This document shows, piece by piece, positions 46,800 through 57,241 of a stretch of 64,000 nucleotides of DNA. The notes under the pieces are model-generated. The model was not told the origin of the DNA. It worked only from the letters and a program-made list of their open reading frames with translations, and did not search any database. Origin of the DNA: Nannocystales bacterium (lineage in GTDB: Bacteria > Myxococcota_A > Polyangia > Nannocystales > Nannocystaceae); the NCBI GenBank assembly GCA_050633305.1, contig JBOEGF010000022.1, positions 32,001 to 96,000 on the forward strand, read 5' to 3'. The position numbers were made by a program, and so were the translations under genes. Position 1 is the first letter of the stretch, and every line of letters begins with the position of its first letter.

Positions 46800-48404
46800 A
46801 TGCCCACGGTGCCCCCGGATTCCGCCGACGGTGCACAGGGGCCCAATACGGTCCGGCCCGGCCATGGGAAGACGCGGCAGTTCCGGCTCGGGGCAACGTT
46901 CTTGCCCGATCCAGAACCGGAAGCCGCGCCCGACACCCTGCTTGGGGCCGAGGACCGGTACCGGGTCGTTCGGTTTTTGGGGCAGGGCGGGATGGGCCGG
47001 GTCTACGAGGCGCGCCGAGAACGCGACGGACGTCTCGCGGCGGTCAAGGTGCTTCGAAACGACCGTGCGACCGGCAACCCTGCCGAGCTGATCGCGAGGT
47101 TCAGACAAGAGGCGTCGGCGGCATCGCGCGTCGGCCACCGGGGGATCGTCGAGATGTTGGGTTTCGAGCAAACGCCCGACGGCCAGGTGATCGTCGCGAT
47201 GGAGCTCCTCCAAGGCGAGCCGCTTGAGGATTGGATGGCGCGCGAGGGGACGCTCGGCAAGGGCCTGGAGTTACTCGCGGCGTTGTGCGATGCACTCCAC
47301 GCTGCGCACGAGGCCGGCATCGTTCATCGCGACATCAAGCCGGCGAACCTCTTTCTTCATCGTGAGCAAGACGGAAGCTTGCGGCCGACGGTGCTCGACT
47401 TCGGCTTGGCCAAGGTCGAGCTTCCCGATCACACGCAGATCGAGACCGCGGCAGGCACGGTGTTGGGAACCCCGTACTACCTCGCGCCGGAGCGAGCCCT
47501 GGGCAAGCCCCTGGATCGCCGCGCCGATCTCTACAGTGTGGGTGTCGTCCTGTACGAGCTCATCACGGGTTCACTTCCCTTTGAGGCCAACTCATTCATG
47601 GCTGTGCTCGAGGGTCATGTGCGGCGGGTGCCCCTGGACCCACGGCAGGCGGCTCCCGAGCGTCCGATCCCCCCGGCAGTCTCCGAGTTGGCGATGGGGC
47701 TGCTCGCCAAGGACCCCGATGTTCGGCCGCAGACCGCCGCGGAGGTCGCCACGGCGCTGCGAGCGTTGCTGGCGGAACACCCCGGCGAACTTCAACGCTG
47801 CCCGACGGGACCGCGAGTGCGGGTGGATGCGGGTGCCGACACGATCTCCGTCCTCGCGCTGGCTGCCGGTCACACCGCGGCACCCGTCGCGGCGACCACA
47901 GCCTCCGCGGATGCGATCACCGTTGCGCCCGGTGTCGGGGGCGCTGCAGCTTCGGCTGAGCATCCTCGGCAGGTCGGCTCGTCGTCCTCAGCTCGTCCAG
48001 GCCTCAAGTTACTTGTTCTCGCTGCGGTTGTGCTCGTGGGTCTCGGGTTCGCTGTGGTTGTCCGGTGGGATCCCGCGGGGCCCCGCCCCGCCCGGACGCC
48101 GTCCTCCGCCCCGTCGCCGAGCAGCCTCGCCGAACCAGCCGCTACCGCGGCGGCAGAGTCGCCCAAACCGCCTGCGGAGCCGCCTGTGGCTTCGGTCGAA
48201 CCTCTCGAGTCGGTGGTCGCGGTCCCCAAGCCGCGACCTGCCAAAGTCGCCGCGCCGCAGGCCACCGCCAAGCCGGCAGGGGGTGGTACAAACGCGTCGG
48301 CGAAGAAGCCCCGGCGGCGTAAACCTGTGGTCGTCCCACAGCCGCCGGCCGCACCACCCAAGTCTTCGCTACCCGCCTTCAAAGACCAAGTCTATGAAGA
48401 TTGA
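46800..48404 (+). CDS. Membrane Ser/Thr protein kinase
   Basis: GQGGMGRV, AVK, HRDIKPAN, DFG and GTPYYLAPE; TM segment and Pro/Ala-rich tail. Confidence 0.92.
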   Translation: MPTVPPDSADGAQGPNTVRPGHGKTRQFRLGATFLPDPEPEAAPDTLLGAEDRYRVVRFLGQGGMGRVYEARRERDGRLAAVKVLRNDRATGNPAELIARFRQEASAASRVGHRGIVEMLGFEQTPDGQVIVAMELLQGEPLEDWMAREGTLGKGLELLAALCDALHAAHEAGIVHRDIKPANLFLHREQDGSLRPTVLDFGLAKVELPDHTQIETAAGTVLGTPYYLAPERALGKPLDRRADLYSVGVVLYELITGSLPFEANSFMAVLEGHVRRVPLDPRQAAPERPIPPAVSELAMGLLAKDPDVRPQTAAEVATALRALLAEHPGELQRCPTGPRVRVDAGADTISVLALAAGHTAAPVAATTASADAITVAPGVGGAAASAEHPRQVGSSSSARPGLKLLVLAAVVLVGLGFAVVVRWDPAGPRPARTPSSAPSPSSLAEPAATAAAESPKPPAEPPVASVEPLESVVAVPKPRPAKVAAPQATAKPAGGGTNASAKKPRRRKPVVVPQPPAAPPKSSLPAFKDQVYED

Positions 48405-49083
48405 CCGCTTCGCCCCGCGCCCCCGTCTTGCCGCTTCTCTGCGTTTGGCTGCGTGCCTCACGGTCATCCCCGCGTTGACCATGCTGGGACCGATCCACGC
48501 GGCCACGGCGGCACCGCTTCCGATGGTCGTGACGCCCCCTGCGGCGGCGGAGCCTGGAGACCTCAGCGCCCAGGCCGACGCGGCCGTTGCGGCCCGAGAG
48601 GCCGACCCGACCCCTGCCGCGTGGCGTGCGGAGGCCCAGGCGAAAGAAGCGATGGGCGACCTTCGAGGCGCCGAGGCTGCCTACGCGGGCGAGCGCGACG
48701 CGTTGCCCGAGGACGACATCGATGCGCGGCGCAAAGCCGAGGTGGATTGGGAGCGCATGCGGGAACAGTCTCGGGGGGCGGTGGAGGACGAGCCTCGCTC
48801 GACCCACCGTGCGGAGCTCGACGGACAGTGGGTGGCCCCCGCCTCGCCGGAGGAGTTGCGGCCGGTTTCCCGACCCAAAGCAGACCCGACGCTCGACAAC
48901 ACGCCGAGGTCGGAGCGCATCGTGACCAAGTGGTACTTCTGGGTCACCGTCGCCGCGATCGCTGCGAGCGCCGGAGCCGTCGCCGGAATCGCGATCAAGG
49001 CAGCTCGAGATGAGCGGAGCGATTCCCTCGACGCATCCGCGCTGCAGCCGATGCCGATGTCTCCGGGCGGGTTTCGCTTCTAG
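48394..49083 (+). CDS. Exported helical (TPR-like) protein with C-terminal membrane anchor
   Basis: Signal-like N-terminus and KWYFWVTVAAIAASAGAVAGIAI; overlaps the kinase stop codon. Confidence 0.65.
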   Translation: MKIDRFAPRPRLAASLRLAACLTVIPALTMLGPIHAATAAPLPMVVTPPAAAEPGDLSAQADAAVAAREADPTPAAWRAEAQAKEAMGDLRGAEAAYAGERDALPEDDIDARRKAEVDWERMREQSRGAVEDEPRSTHRAELDGQWVAPASPEELRPVSRPKADPTLDNTPRSERIVTKWYFWVTVAAIAASAGAVAGIAIKAARDERSDSLDASALQPMPMSPGGFRF

Positions 49084-49088
49084 GCTCG

Positions 49089-50276
49089 ATGAAGCGGTCG
49101 CTGTGGGCACTGGTGGTTGGCACGCTGCTGGCGTGTGGCGAGCCGGTGCCACCGCGTGCTGTGCTCGAAGTCGACGCGCGCCAACGCAGCGAAGGTCGTG
49201 CGGACCGCTGGGTCTTTCACGACGGGGCAGTCGTGTCCGGTCTCGTTGTCCCGACCTCGCCGGTCTCGCCGGGCGAGTCGGTATCCGTGGCTTTCCACGT
49301 TTCGAAGCCGGGACAGTTCGAGGTCTCAGTGGTACCGCCTCGTGCCGCTGCTCGGGAGGTTGCGCTCGGGGGACCGGACGCGCCGCCACCCACCGTTCCT
49401 CCGGATTTCCGCACTCGGAGTGTCCGTGTACAGGGAAAGGGGCATCTACAGGTCGAGATCCCCGTTGCTGCGCCGTGGCATCCACAGACCGCGATTGTCA
49501 CGCTGCGCCGTCTCCGGGGAAGCCGGACTTCTCCGGTGCTCGAAGGCCCGAGGCGGCGCGACGGAGTTGGGGTGCTCGCGGTGCTCGATGTTGTCCGCGC
49601 ACCGACCCGCGTCGCGGCAACCCGTGGGACGCCGAGCGTCGACGGAACGCTCGGAGAGACCTTGTGGGCGTCGGCGGCTCACACCGCGTTGGTCGACTCG
49701 CTCGTGGGGGAGCCATCGCGCCTGGGGGCGACCCGCGAAGATGCGCCGGACTGGGGTCCTACGGAGGTCGCGTTCGCATGGGACCAGGCCCATCTCTACG
49801 TCGGCGCTTGGCTTCCCGATCGGGACCTGCGTGGGACGTACACCGAGCGCGATGATCCGATCTGGAAGCAGGAGGTGTTCGAGTTGTTCGTGTTTGGCGA
49901 CGACCGACGCGCGGACTATCTGGAGCTTCAGGTCTCGCCGCGCGGCGTGCAGTTCGACGCGCGCTTCGAGCGGTACCGGAAGGGCGACGAGGCGTGGAAC
50001 GGCAACTTCGCGGCGCCGGTTTCGGTGCGCGGGACCGTGGAGGTGCCCGAAGATCGCGATGAGGGGTGGACGACCGAGTTCGCGGTTCCGTGGTCGGACA
50101 TCTGCCGTCACACCGAGGTGGAGTGCCCCGTCGCTGCGGGGATGAGCCTGCGGGTCAACGCGTTCCGCTTGGAGCGACCCCGCAAGGGCCCGACTGTGGG
50201 GTTGGCGCTGTCTCCGACGCGTGTGCCGGATTTCCATGCGCCGGAGAACTCGGCGGTATTGGAACTGTTACCCTGA
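49089..50276 (+). CDS. Lipoprotein with CBM9/DOMON-like carbohydrate-binding domain
   Basis: TLLAC lipobox; PSVDGTLGE..W, WDQAHLYVG, RDDPIW...VFELF, YLELQVSPRG, WTTEFAVPW and DFHAP. Confidence 0.8.
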   Translation: MKRSLWALVVGTLLACGEPVPPRAVLEVDARQRSEGRADRWVFHDGAVVSGLVVPTSPVSPGESVSVAFHVSKPGQFEVSVVPPRAAAREVALGGPDAPPPTVPPDFRTRSVRVQGKGHLQVEIPVAAPWHPQTAIVTLRRLRGSRTSPVLEGPRRRDGVGVLAVLDVVRAPTRVAATRGTPSVDGTLGETLWASAAHTALVDSLVGEPSRLGATREDAPDWGPTEVAFAWDQAHLYVGAWLPDRDLRGTYTERDDPIWKQEVFELFVFGDDRRADYLELQVSPRGVQFDARFERYRKGDEAWNGNFAAPVSVRGTVEVPEDRDEGWTTEFAVPWSDICRHTEVECPVAAGMSLRVNAFRLERPRKGPTVGLALSPTRVPDFHAPENSAVLELLP

Positions 50277-51966
50277 GGCTCTGCTCTCCGGGAACTCAGG
50301 TCTGCGCCCAGGACTGCTGGCATTGGCACTCGCATGTGCGTCGGTGGTTCCATCCGGTTGTGACGCACCACGAACGGCGACACAAAGTGGAAGCCGTAGC
50401 CCACGGCGAGTCCAGCGAGGTGTCTTCGATGGGATCACGCTGACGCCGTTCGAGGTGGAGTTCAACGGGCCGCCGGCCGAGGCCTACGGCGAGCCGGTGC
50501 GCCACACGCTTTCGCCCACCGAGACGATGATCGCGGCGGCGTTGACCGAGCGTGGCATGCAATCCGACCCCGCGTTGGACCGTGCTGCCCGCGAGCTCGC
50601 GCGAACGGCTCCCAACGGCGCCAACGTTCCAACCCGGTTGATCGAAGCGGTGCTCGCGTGGGCTGGCATTGTGAATCCGCCCCCGCGACTGGTGATCGTC
50701 GAGTTGCCTGAGGATCCACAGGCTTGCTACCGCAGCTACGCAGAGTCCTGCCAAGGCGCCGTCGCTTCGTTGGTCGGCAAGGTGGAGTCTTCGCCGACCC
50801 GAATCCCTGAGAGGGTCGGGGTGGGGGTGGCCCGCGGAACCGACGGCCGCACACGGATGGTCACGGCCGTTGTCCCCCCGACGGTGGCGATGGCTTCGGT
50901 GCCGACGAGCGTCGCGGCGGGAGAGCGAATCGACATCCGAGGGCGTCTGGTCGGTGCCCGATCGGCCCCCAGCATCGAAGTCGTCGAGCCCTCAGGGCGG
51001 GTGTACACCGCGCCCGCTTCGGTGTCCTTGGACGGATCCTTCTCTGCGCAACTCGAGTGCGCGTCCCGGGGCGTCTACCAGATCGAGGTGATGGCGGAGG
51101 GCGCTCACGGGCCCGGGGAAGTCGTGGCGAACTTCCCGGTGTCCTGCGCCGAGCCTCCGCCGCAGCGGGTTCGCATCGAACTCGAGCGGATCTCCGCTGG
51201 AGTCGAGGCAGAAGCCCTCGCGCGCGCCAATTTCGCGCACCTCAACCACGAGCGCAAACAACGAGGGTTGGCCCCGTTGTCTTGGGATGACCGAGCCGCG
51301 GGGGTCGCAGAGGCGCACAGCCGGGACATGATGCGCGGTGGTTATGTCGGGCACGTGTCCCCCAAGACAGGAGACGTGGGCGGGCGCTTCAAGCGGGCGC
51401 GCATCGTCGGTGGCGTCATTCGGGAGAACGTGGCGTTGGGCTACGGTCCCAAGGGCGTGCACGACAGCTTGATGTCGTCTCCGGGGCATCGCGGCAACCT
51501 GCTCGCCGAGGATGTGACGCACGTGGGGGTTGGGGTTGTGCTGGGGCCCGAGGATCCGGAGGCTCCCGAGGCGCCGCCGGGGCTGTACGTCACCCAGAAC
51601 TTCTTCAAGAAGCCCGGGGCGGGGGCTCCCCGGGATGGGCAGCTTGCGCCGACGATCCGGGCTCGTGTCGATGGAGCCCGCACCGAGCGAGGTCTGCCAG
51701 CCGCGCGGTGGGACGACGGCCTGGATGTGGTTGCGAATACGCTCGCGGCTCGGGTTGCTGCGGGACGGCGGCTTCCCAGCGGATGGGAAGAGGAGGTGTT
51801 CGACCTCGGCTACGAGAGCGTGGACACCCATCAAGTCACCGCTCCCGACTTCGACGCCCTCCCGGCGGTCGATCTGTTCCTTGGCTCGCAGCTCGCGGCC
51901 GGGGTGGGGGTCGCCCGGCAGCCCAAGGACCGTGGATTCGTCATGATCGTGCTTGTCGTCGACTGA
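50221..51966 (+). CDS. CAP (SCP/Tpx-1/Ag5/PR-1) domain exported protein
   Basis: NHERKQRGLAPL, AEAHSRDM, ENVALG, LMSSPGHRGNLL and THVGVGV. True start uncertain, probably near 50280-50310. Confidence 0.8.
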   Translation: MCRISMRRRTRRYWNCYPEALLSGNSGLRPGLLALALACASVVPSGCDAPRTATQSGSRSPRRVQRGVFDGITLTPFEVEFNGPPAEAYGEPVRHTLSPTETMIAAALTERGMQSDPALDRAARELARTAPNGANVPTRLIEAVLAWAGIVNPPPRLVIVELPEDPQACYRSYAESCQGAVASLVGKVESSPTRIPERVGVGVARGTDGRTRMVTAVVPPTVAMASVPTSVAAGERIDIRGRLVGARSAPSIEVVEPSGRVYTAPASVSLDGSFSAQLECASRGVYQIEVMAEGAHGPGEVVANFPVSCAEPPPQRVRIELERISAGVEAEALARANFAHLNHERKQRGLAPLSWDDRAAGVAEAHSRDMMRGGYVGHVSPKTGDVGGRFKRARIVGGVIRENVALGYGPKGVHDSLMSSPGHRGNLLAEDVTHVGVGVVLGPEDPEAPEAPPGLYVTQNFFKKPGAGAPRDGQLAPTIRARVDGARTERGLPAARWDDGLDVVANTLAARVAAGRRLPSGWEEEVFDLGYESVDTHQVTAPDFDALPAVDLFLGSQLAAGVGVARQPKDRGFVMIVLVVD

Positions 51967-52024
51967 GCGCGCTCGTGGGGGTTTCTCATGGCCCTGCAGC
52001 GGTCGGGTTCGTATGCTCCGCCCG

Positions 52025-52927
52025 ATGAGCACGCACCCAGGATCCCTTGCCGCCCGTGATGCAGTGGTTCTCGGGGTGATCGGCGGCTCGGGCCTCTATG
52101 CCATGGACGCCCTTCAAGGCGCCGAGTCGGTCACCCTCACCACCCCGTTTGGCGATCCCAGCGGGCCGTACACCGTCGGGACGCTCGAGCGTCCGGGCAA
52201 GGCTCCGCTGCGCTCGGTGTTCTTGCCGCGGCACGGATCGGGGCACCGGGTGCTTCCCTCGGAGATCAACTACCGCGCCAACATTCACGGCCTCAAGCAG
52301 CTCGGTGTGACCCACCTGATGAGCGTCTCGGCGGTGGGGTCGCTGCAAGAAGAGGTGGTCCCCGGACACATCGTGTTCCCCGACCAGTTCATCGATCGTA
52401 CGAAGCATCGGGCGACGTCGTTCTTCGGCGACGGCGTCGTTGGACACGTTCAGTTCGGGCACCCCACGACGAAGGGCTTGCGGGAACTGGCTCAGGAGGC
52501 GGCGTCCTCGACCGGAGCGACCGTGCACAACGGCGGGTCGTGTGTCGTCATCGATGGACCGGCGTTCTCGACCCGGGCGGAGTCCGAGCTGTATCGCAGC
52601 TGGGGCGCGCGAATCATCGGCATGACCGCGTTGCCCGAGGCCAAGCTGGCCCGGGAGGCGGAGCTGGCCTACTGCCTGCTTGCGATGTCCACCGACTACG
52701 ACTGTTGGCACGACGAAGAGGTCAGTGTCGATGCTGTGGTCGCTGTGATGCAGGCGAACGTCGACGTTGCGCGCAAGACCATCGTACGCCTCGCGGAACT
52801 GCTTCCCGAGCGCAACGAGGAACTCCCCTATCCCCGTGCTTGCGAGAACGCGGTCATGACGACTCCCGAGACCATGACCGACGAGGCACGAAAACGACTC
52901 GACTTGATCATCGGACAGTATCTGTAA
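52025..52927 (+). CDS. mtnP: S-methyl-5'-thioadenosine phosphorylase
   Basis: GVIGGSGLY, TPFGDPS, RHG..H, INYRANI, PDQFIDRT, GPAFSTRAES and TDYDCWH. Confidence 0.93.
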   Translation: MSTHPGSLAARDAVVLGVIGGSGLYAMDALQGAESVTLTTPFGDPSGPYTVGTLERPGKAPLRSVFLPRHGSGHRVLPSEINYRANIHGLKQLGVTHLMSVSAVGSLQEEVVPGHIVFPDQFIDRTKHRATSFFGDGVVGHVQFGHPTTKGLRELAQEAASSTGATVHNGGSCVVIDGPAFSTRAESELYRSWGARIIGMTALPEAKLAREAELAYCLLAMSTDYDCWHDEEVSVDAVVAVMQANVDVARKTIVRLAELLPERNEELPYPRACENAVMTTPETMTDEARKRLDLIIGQYL

Positions 52928-53081
52928 CGTTCGCGGGAACCATCCGAGGTTCCCTGCTCAAGACGACAGCGAAGCCTGGCTTCGTTCGCCTTCCAACGAT
53001 CGCCCTGTCGGAGTTGGAGGCTTTCGCACCCACACGGTCGTGTTCTTGGAACGCGGCCCCTCAACTCTCAGAAGAACACAC

Positions 53082-54017
53082 ATGAGCGATAACAAACCCT
53101 CCGTGCTCGTCGTTGGCAGCGTGGCCGTCGACTGGGTCATCACCCCCCGTGCAGAGCGCGAAGAATCGATCGGCGGCGCCGCGACGTTCTTCTCGATGGC
53201 CGCCTCCTACCTCTCCGACGTTCGGCTTGTCGGCGTCGTCGGGGATGACTTCCCCCAGCAAGGCCTCGCCGACCTGAAGTCGCGTGGCGTGGACCTCGAT
53301 GGCCTCGAGGTCAACTCCGAGGGCAAGACCTTCCGCTGGAAGGGCAAGTACCACGACAACATGAACGGCCGAGACACGCTGGACACCCAACTCGGCGTGT
53401 TCGAAGCGTTCGACCCGAAGCTTCCGGAGCACTACCAGGAGACCGACTACCTGTTCCTCGCGAACATCGTGCCGGCGCTGCAACTCAAGGTGTTGGAGCA
53501 GATGCGGACGCGGCCAAAACTGGTCGGTCTCGACTCGATGGATCTGTGGATCAACATCGCCCGAGAGGACCTCGTCAAAGTCATCGGCAAGGTCGACGTC
53601 CTGACGATCAACGAAGAAGAGGCCATGCTCCTGACCGGAGAACACAACCTGGTCAAAGCAGCCAAGGCGATCCGCGGCATGGGTCCGCACAGCCTGGTGA
53701 TCAAGCGCGGTGAATACGGCGCACTGCTGTTCCACGACGAAGAGATCTTCTCCGCGCCGGCGCTTCCGCTCGAAGACGTGGTCGATCCGACCGGCGCAGG
53801 CGACTCGTTCGCTGGCGGATTCATGGGGTACCTCGCCCGCGGCGTGGAGCCCACGGGGCAGAACCTCCGCACCGCGATGATCTACGGGTCGGTGCTGGCC
53901 AGCTTCAACGTCGAAGGCTTCTCGTATGACTCGATGAAGGACCTGAGTATCGAGAAGATCCAGGCGCGCTTCGACCAGTTCTCCCGGCTGACCGACTTCA
54001 GCCGGGCCGAACTCTAG
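53082..54017 (+). CDS. PfkB/ribokinase family kinase
   Basis: VVGSVAVD, IGGAA, GVVGDDF, IKRGEYG and DPTGAGDSFAGG. Confidence 0.92.
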   Translation: MSDNKPSVLVVGSVAVDWVITPRAEREESIGGAATFFSMAASYLSDVRLVGVVGDDFPQQGLADLKSRGVDLDGLEVNSEGKTFRWKGKYHDNMNGRDTLDTQLGVFEAFDPKLPEHYQETDYLFLANIVPALQLKVLEQMRTRPKLVGLDSMDLWINIAREDLVKVIGKVDVLTINEEEAMLLTGEHNLVKAAKAIRGMGPHSLVIKRGEYGALLFHDEEIFSAPALPLEDVVDPTGAGDSFAGGFMGYLARGVEPTGQNLRTAMIYGSVLASFNVEGFSYDSMKDLSIEKIQARFDQFSRLTDFSRAEL

Positions 54018-54199
54018 TCCATCCCTGGACCCCCTGAGCATCGCCTGATGCTGTCGCGGGGGACCCCGACACGACACGTCTGAGCGGGGCGAGACTCATT
54101 CCCTGCGGGCCCACGGTTGGGCTTGCGGGGAGCGAGATTGGCCGGGCGCCTTGGGCTGGTGGATTCGGGGGCCCGAGGGGGGCATAGTGTTGCGCAAGG

Positions 54200-54829
54200 A
54201 TGAGCGCGCCCACCGATTTCGAGCTGCTCGAGGCCTGGCGGGGCGACGACGAGTCCGCGGGGCGAGAGTTGTTCGCCCGGTACTTCGATTCGGTCTTCCG
54301 GTTCTTTCGGAACAAGGTCGACGACGCAGCCGAAGACCTGACCCAGCAGACCTTCATGGGGTTGGTGCAGAGCAAGGATCGCTTTCGTGGCGACGCCAGC
54401 TTTCGCACCTACGTGTTCATGATCGCTCGCAAGCGGTTGTACTCGCACCTTCGCAAGCGTGACCGTCGAGGAGACGCGGTGGAGTTCGGCTCCATGTCCG
54501 TCGCCGACCTTGGCGTGGTGTCGCCCTCGCGGGCGGTGGCGGTTCGTCAAGAACAGCAGCTGTTGCTCAGCGCGTTGCGTCGGTTGCCGATCGACATGCA
54601 GCTGGCGCTCGAGCTGTTCTACTGGGAGGAACTCACGGTCACCGAAATCTCGGCCGTCCTCGAGACGCCGGTCGGTACGGTGAAGAGCCGTCTGCAGCGC
54701 GCCCGCACTCGGCTCGACGGCGTGATCGCGGAACTCAGCGAGTCCGAAGACCTGCTGCGAAGCACGATGGACAACTTCGAGATGTGGGCCAAAGACCTGC
54801 AGGCGCGGCTGATCCCGCCCAAGCGCTAG
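54200..54829 (+). CDS. ECF sigma factor
   Basis: AEDLTQQTF, FRTYVFMIAR and EISAVLETPVGTVKSRLQRAR. Confidence 0.92.
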   Translation: MSAPTDFELLEAWRGDDESAGRELFARYFDSVFRFFRNKVDDAAEDLTQQTFMGLVQSKDRFRGDASFRTYVFMIARKRLYSHLRKRDRRGDAVEFGSMSVADLGVVSPSRAVAVRQEQQLLLSALRRLPIDMQLALELFYWEELTVTEISAVLETPVGTVKSRLQRARTRLDGVIAELSESEDLLRSTMDNFEMWAKDLQARLIPPKR

Positions 54830-55046
54830 AGCCTTCGCCCAGCGCGGTTGCGTTCGGCACCGACTGGAGACGACGCATCGCGTGTCGTCATGAGATGAGA
54901 CGAGCACAGAGGCTCCGGTCACCGTGATGCGCCCACCAACCAACTGAGAGACCGACCGCGCCGAGCGTGGGAGGGGTCCGGAGCCGCAAGGCGAAATCTC
55001 CAGACCCCGCTGACACCTGCCTGCAGCCCCGGTGTTGTTCCCTCCC

Positions 55047-56432
55047 ATGAGAACAGCACCTTGGCTTGAACACGCTGCGGCACTGACGCTACTCGTTGTC
55101 GCCGCCTGCGACACGGCGACAACGGACCCCGTCCCGGTCACGGACCTCGAGCAGCTCGAGGGCATTTGGGAGCGGCGCGGCTACGCGCAGATGCTCGAGA
55201 TCCACGACGGTCAAGTAACGGATATCCACGTCACGGCCGCCAGCTGTGTACGCACAGAGAGTTCCGACTACGCCGACGTCTTCGACGCCCATGACTCGAT
55301 CGTCTCCGAGGGGACGCGGTTGTCGTGGCACGAACTTGGGCACTTCACACGGGCCGACTTCGATCGGGTTCCGTCACTCCCGTCGTCATGCATGGAGGCC
55401 GGGGCACTCACCGATCCCGTCACCAACTTCGAGGCGCTGTGGCGACTGTTCGCAGAGAACTACGCATACTTCGAGGTTCGAGGGGTGGACTGGGACCAGA
55501 TGCACTTGGCCCATGTATCGCAAGTGGATGCCGACACCTCCGGCGAGGCGCTTTTCGGGGTCTTCCAGGAGATGCTGAGCCCACTGAGCGATGGGCATGT
55601 CTGGGTCTACGATGGCGAGGCGATGGGCTTCCTCAGCGGGTCTTTCGGTGCGATGTGGGAGCGATGGGCGGCGCAGTACGACGGAGAGCCGGTCACGAAC
55701 CCCATCGATCCTCGACGCGACTTCATCGTGGACATGCAACACCTTGTTCTCGAAGACGTGCTGGGAGGCGAAGGGAGCAGCGGCCTCCACGGCACGCTGC
55801 ACTGGGGCTGGCTCAACGACGAGGTCGCCTACCTCGATGTCCACGAGATGGCATTCTCGGACGGGGCCGAGCTGACGATCCCGCAGATGCAGGACGAGGT
55901 CGACACGACCATGGCCCTGGTCATGGAGGACCTCGGTGGGGCGGAGGCGTTCGTCATCGACGCGCGTTTCAACCAAGGCGGCCGGGACACGATGGGCTTC
56001 GCGATCGCGGGCTGGTTCACCGATGAAGAGGTGATCGTCGCACGCAAGCGCGCTGTCGACCAAGGCGGCTGGACCGAGGACCAAGACGTCTTCGTAGCTC
56101 CGCGGACCGACGCACCCTTCCTTGGGCCGATACGCTTGTTGACGAGCGGCAACACGGTGAGCGCGGCCGAGACGTTCACCATGGCCATGAGTGCGCTCCC
56201 CAACACCGTCCGCGTCGGCACAGCGACCTACGGCGCGTTCTCCGATGTGCTCGTGCGGCAGCTGCCCAACGGGTGGCTGGTCGGGCTGTCGAACGAGGTC
56301 TACGAGGCTCCCGACGGCTCCGTCTACGAGGCTATCGGGTTCCCGCCGGACCTCGAAGTCGCGTACGACGATGCGCTGAGCTTCGAAGGGAACCTCCAAC
56401 TCACGCTCGATGCCGCGGTGGCCGGACTCTGA
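55047..56432 (+). CDS. S41 family peptidase lipoprotein
   Basis: LVVAAC lipobox; NFEALW..F..NYAYF..RGVDW, LSDGHV, IDARFNQGG, TVSAAETF and LPNGW. Confidence 0.88.
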   Translation: MRTAPWLEHAAALTLLVVAACDTATTDPVPVTDLEQLEGIWERRGYAQMLEIHDGQVTDIHVTAASCVRTESSDYADVFDAHDSIVSEGTRLSWHELGHFTRADFDRVPSLPSSCMEAGALTDPVTNFEALWRLFAENYAYFEVRGVDWDQMHLAHVSQVDADTSGEALFGVFQEMLSPLSDGHVWVYDGEAMGFLSGSFGAMWERWAAQYDGEPVTNPIDPRRDFIVDMQHLVLEDVLGGEGSSGLHGTLHWGWLNDEVAYLDVHEMAFSDGAELTIPQMQDEVDTTMALVMEDLGGAEAFVIDARFNQGGRDTMGFAIAGWFTDEEVIVARKRAVDQGGWTEDQDVFVAPRTDAPFLGPIRLLTSGNTVSAAETFTMAMSALPNTVRVGTATYGAFSDVLVRQLPNGWLVGLSNEVYEAPDGSVYEAIGFPPDLEVAYDDALSFEGNLQLTLDAAVAGL

Positions 56433-56575
56433 GGGCTGCTGGTCCCCGTGCGACCCGGCGTTGCGGGGGCCTTGTCCCTCACGGAACGGTCACCGAGGTG
56501 TTGGAGACCTGCGGCGACAGCTCTCGGACGTGGTCGTACCCGCCGTCGTCCTTCTCCGCGAGCGGAGCTCGCCGT

Positions 56576-57181
56576 TCAGCGTTGCTTCCAGTGCGCGTGG
56601 AACAGCGTCTGCTCGTTCGACGGACGTTCGACCTCGACGGTCGCTCCCATGGCGCCGCTGAGGTCGAGGACGACTCGGAACCCTGCGGCGGTCGCGAGGC
56701 TCACCTCGGGATCCCACAGGTCGGGCCCGTGGTTGAGGTCGAGTCGAACGGCGTTGTCGGTTCGAGCACCCAGGCTCAGCTCGGTGCCGCGATGAAGCGA
56801 ACTCCACCGCAGTGCGATTGCCCCGAAGAGCATCCCGGGGGTCGCGAGGGCGAACATCACCCGGTACATCGCCGTTTGAAACAGCTCCCGCTGCCGCAAG
56901 TGGCAGAAGCGGACGAAGTCCTCCCGGTCGGTGCACACCGAGTCGCGAAGCACGAGGAGAAGTGCGTGGGTATGCACCTGCGAGACCCAGTGGGTCACAG
57001 GCGGAGGCGCGTCCAGGAGGGCTGAAAGGGCCTGTGGAAGGGCCTCCCGCGTCTGCCGCGGGATGGGGCGGAAGTTGGCGACCGACCGCAGGAGCGAAGC
57101 TTTGGCTTGGGCTTCGGGGTAGCTGTCGAGTCCTTGAGGCAGGCGATCGATATACGCCTCAAGGTGCGGGAGCCGGGCCAC
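56576..57181 (-). CDS. Myxobacterial DUF2378/TIGR02265-like protein
   Basis: LPQGLDSYP, PPPVTHWV, RWSSLHRGT and terminal FHAHW (family recalled from memory). Confidence 0.55.
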   Translation of the reverse strand: MARLPHLEAYIDRLPQGLDSYPEAQAKASLLRSVANFRPIPRQTREALPQALSALLDAPPPVTHWVSQVHTHALLLVLRDSVCTDREDFVRFCHLRQRELFQTAMYRVMFALATPGMLFGAIALRWSSLHRGTELSLGARTDNAVRLDLNHGPDLWDPEVSLATAAGFRVVLDLSGAMGATVEVERPSNEQTLFHAHWKQR

Positions 57182-57241
57182 CGCGGGAGTCTACATTGCG
57201 AGAGACGGTCGGGGTTGGTCCGGCGGATGGGGCGCGGGAGA

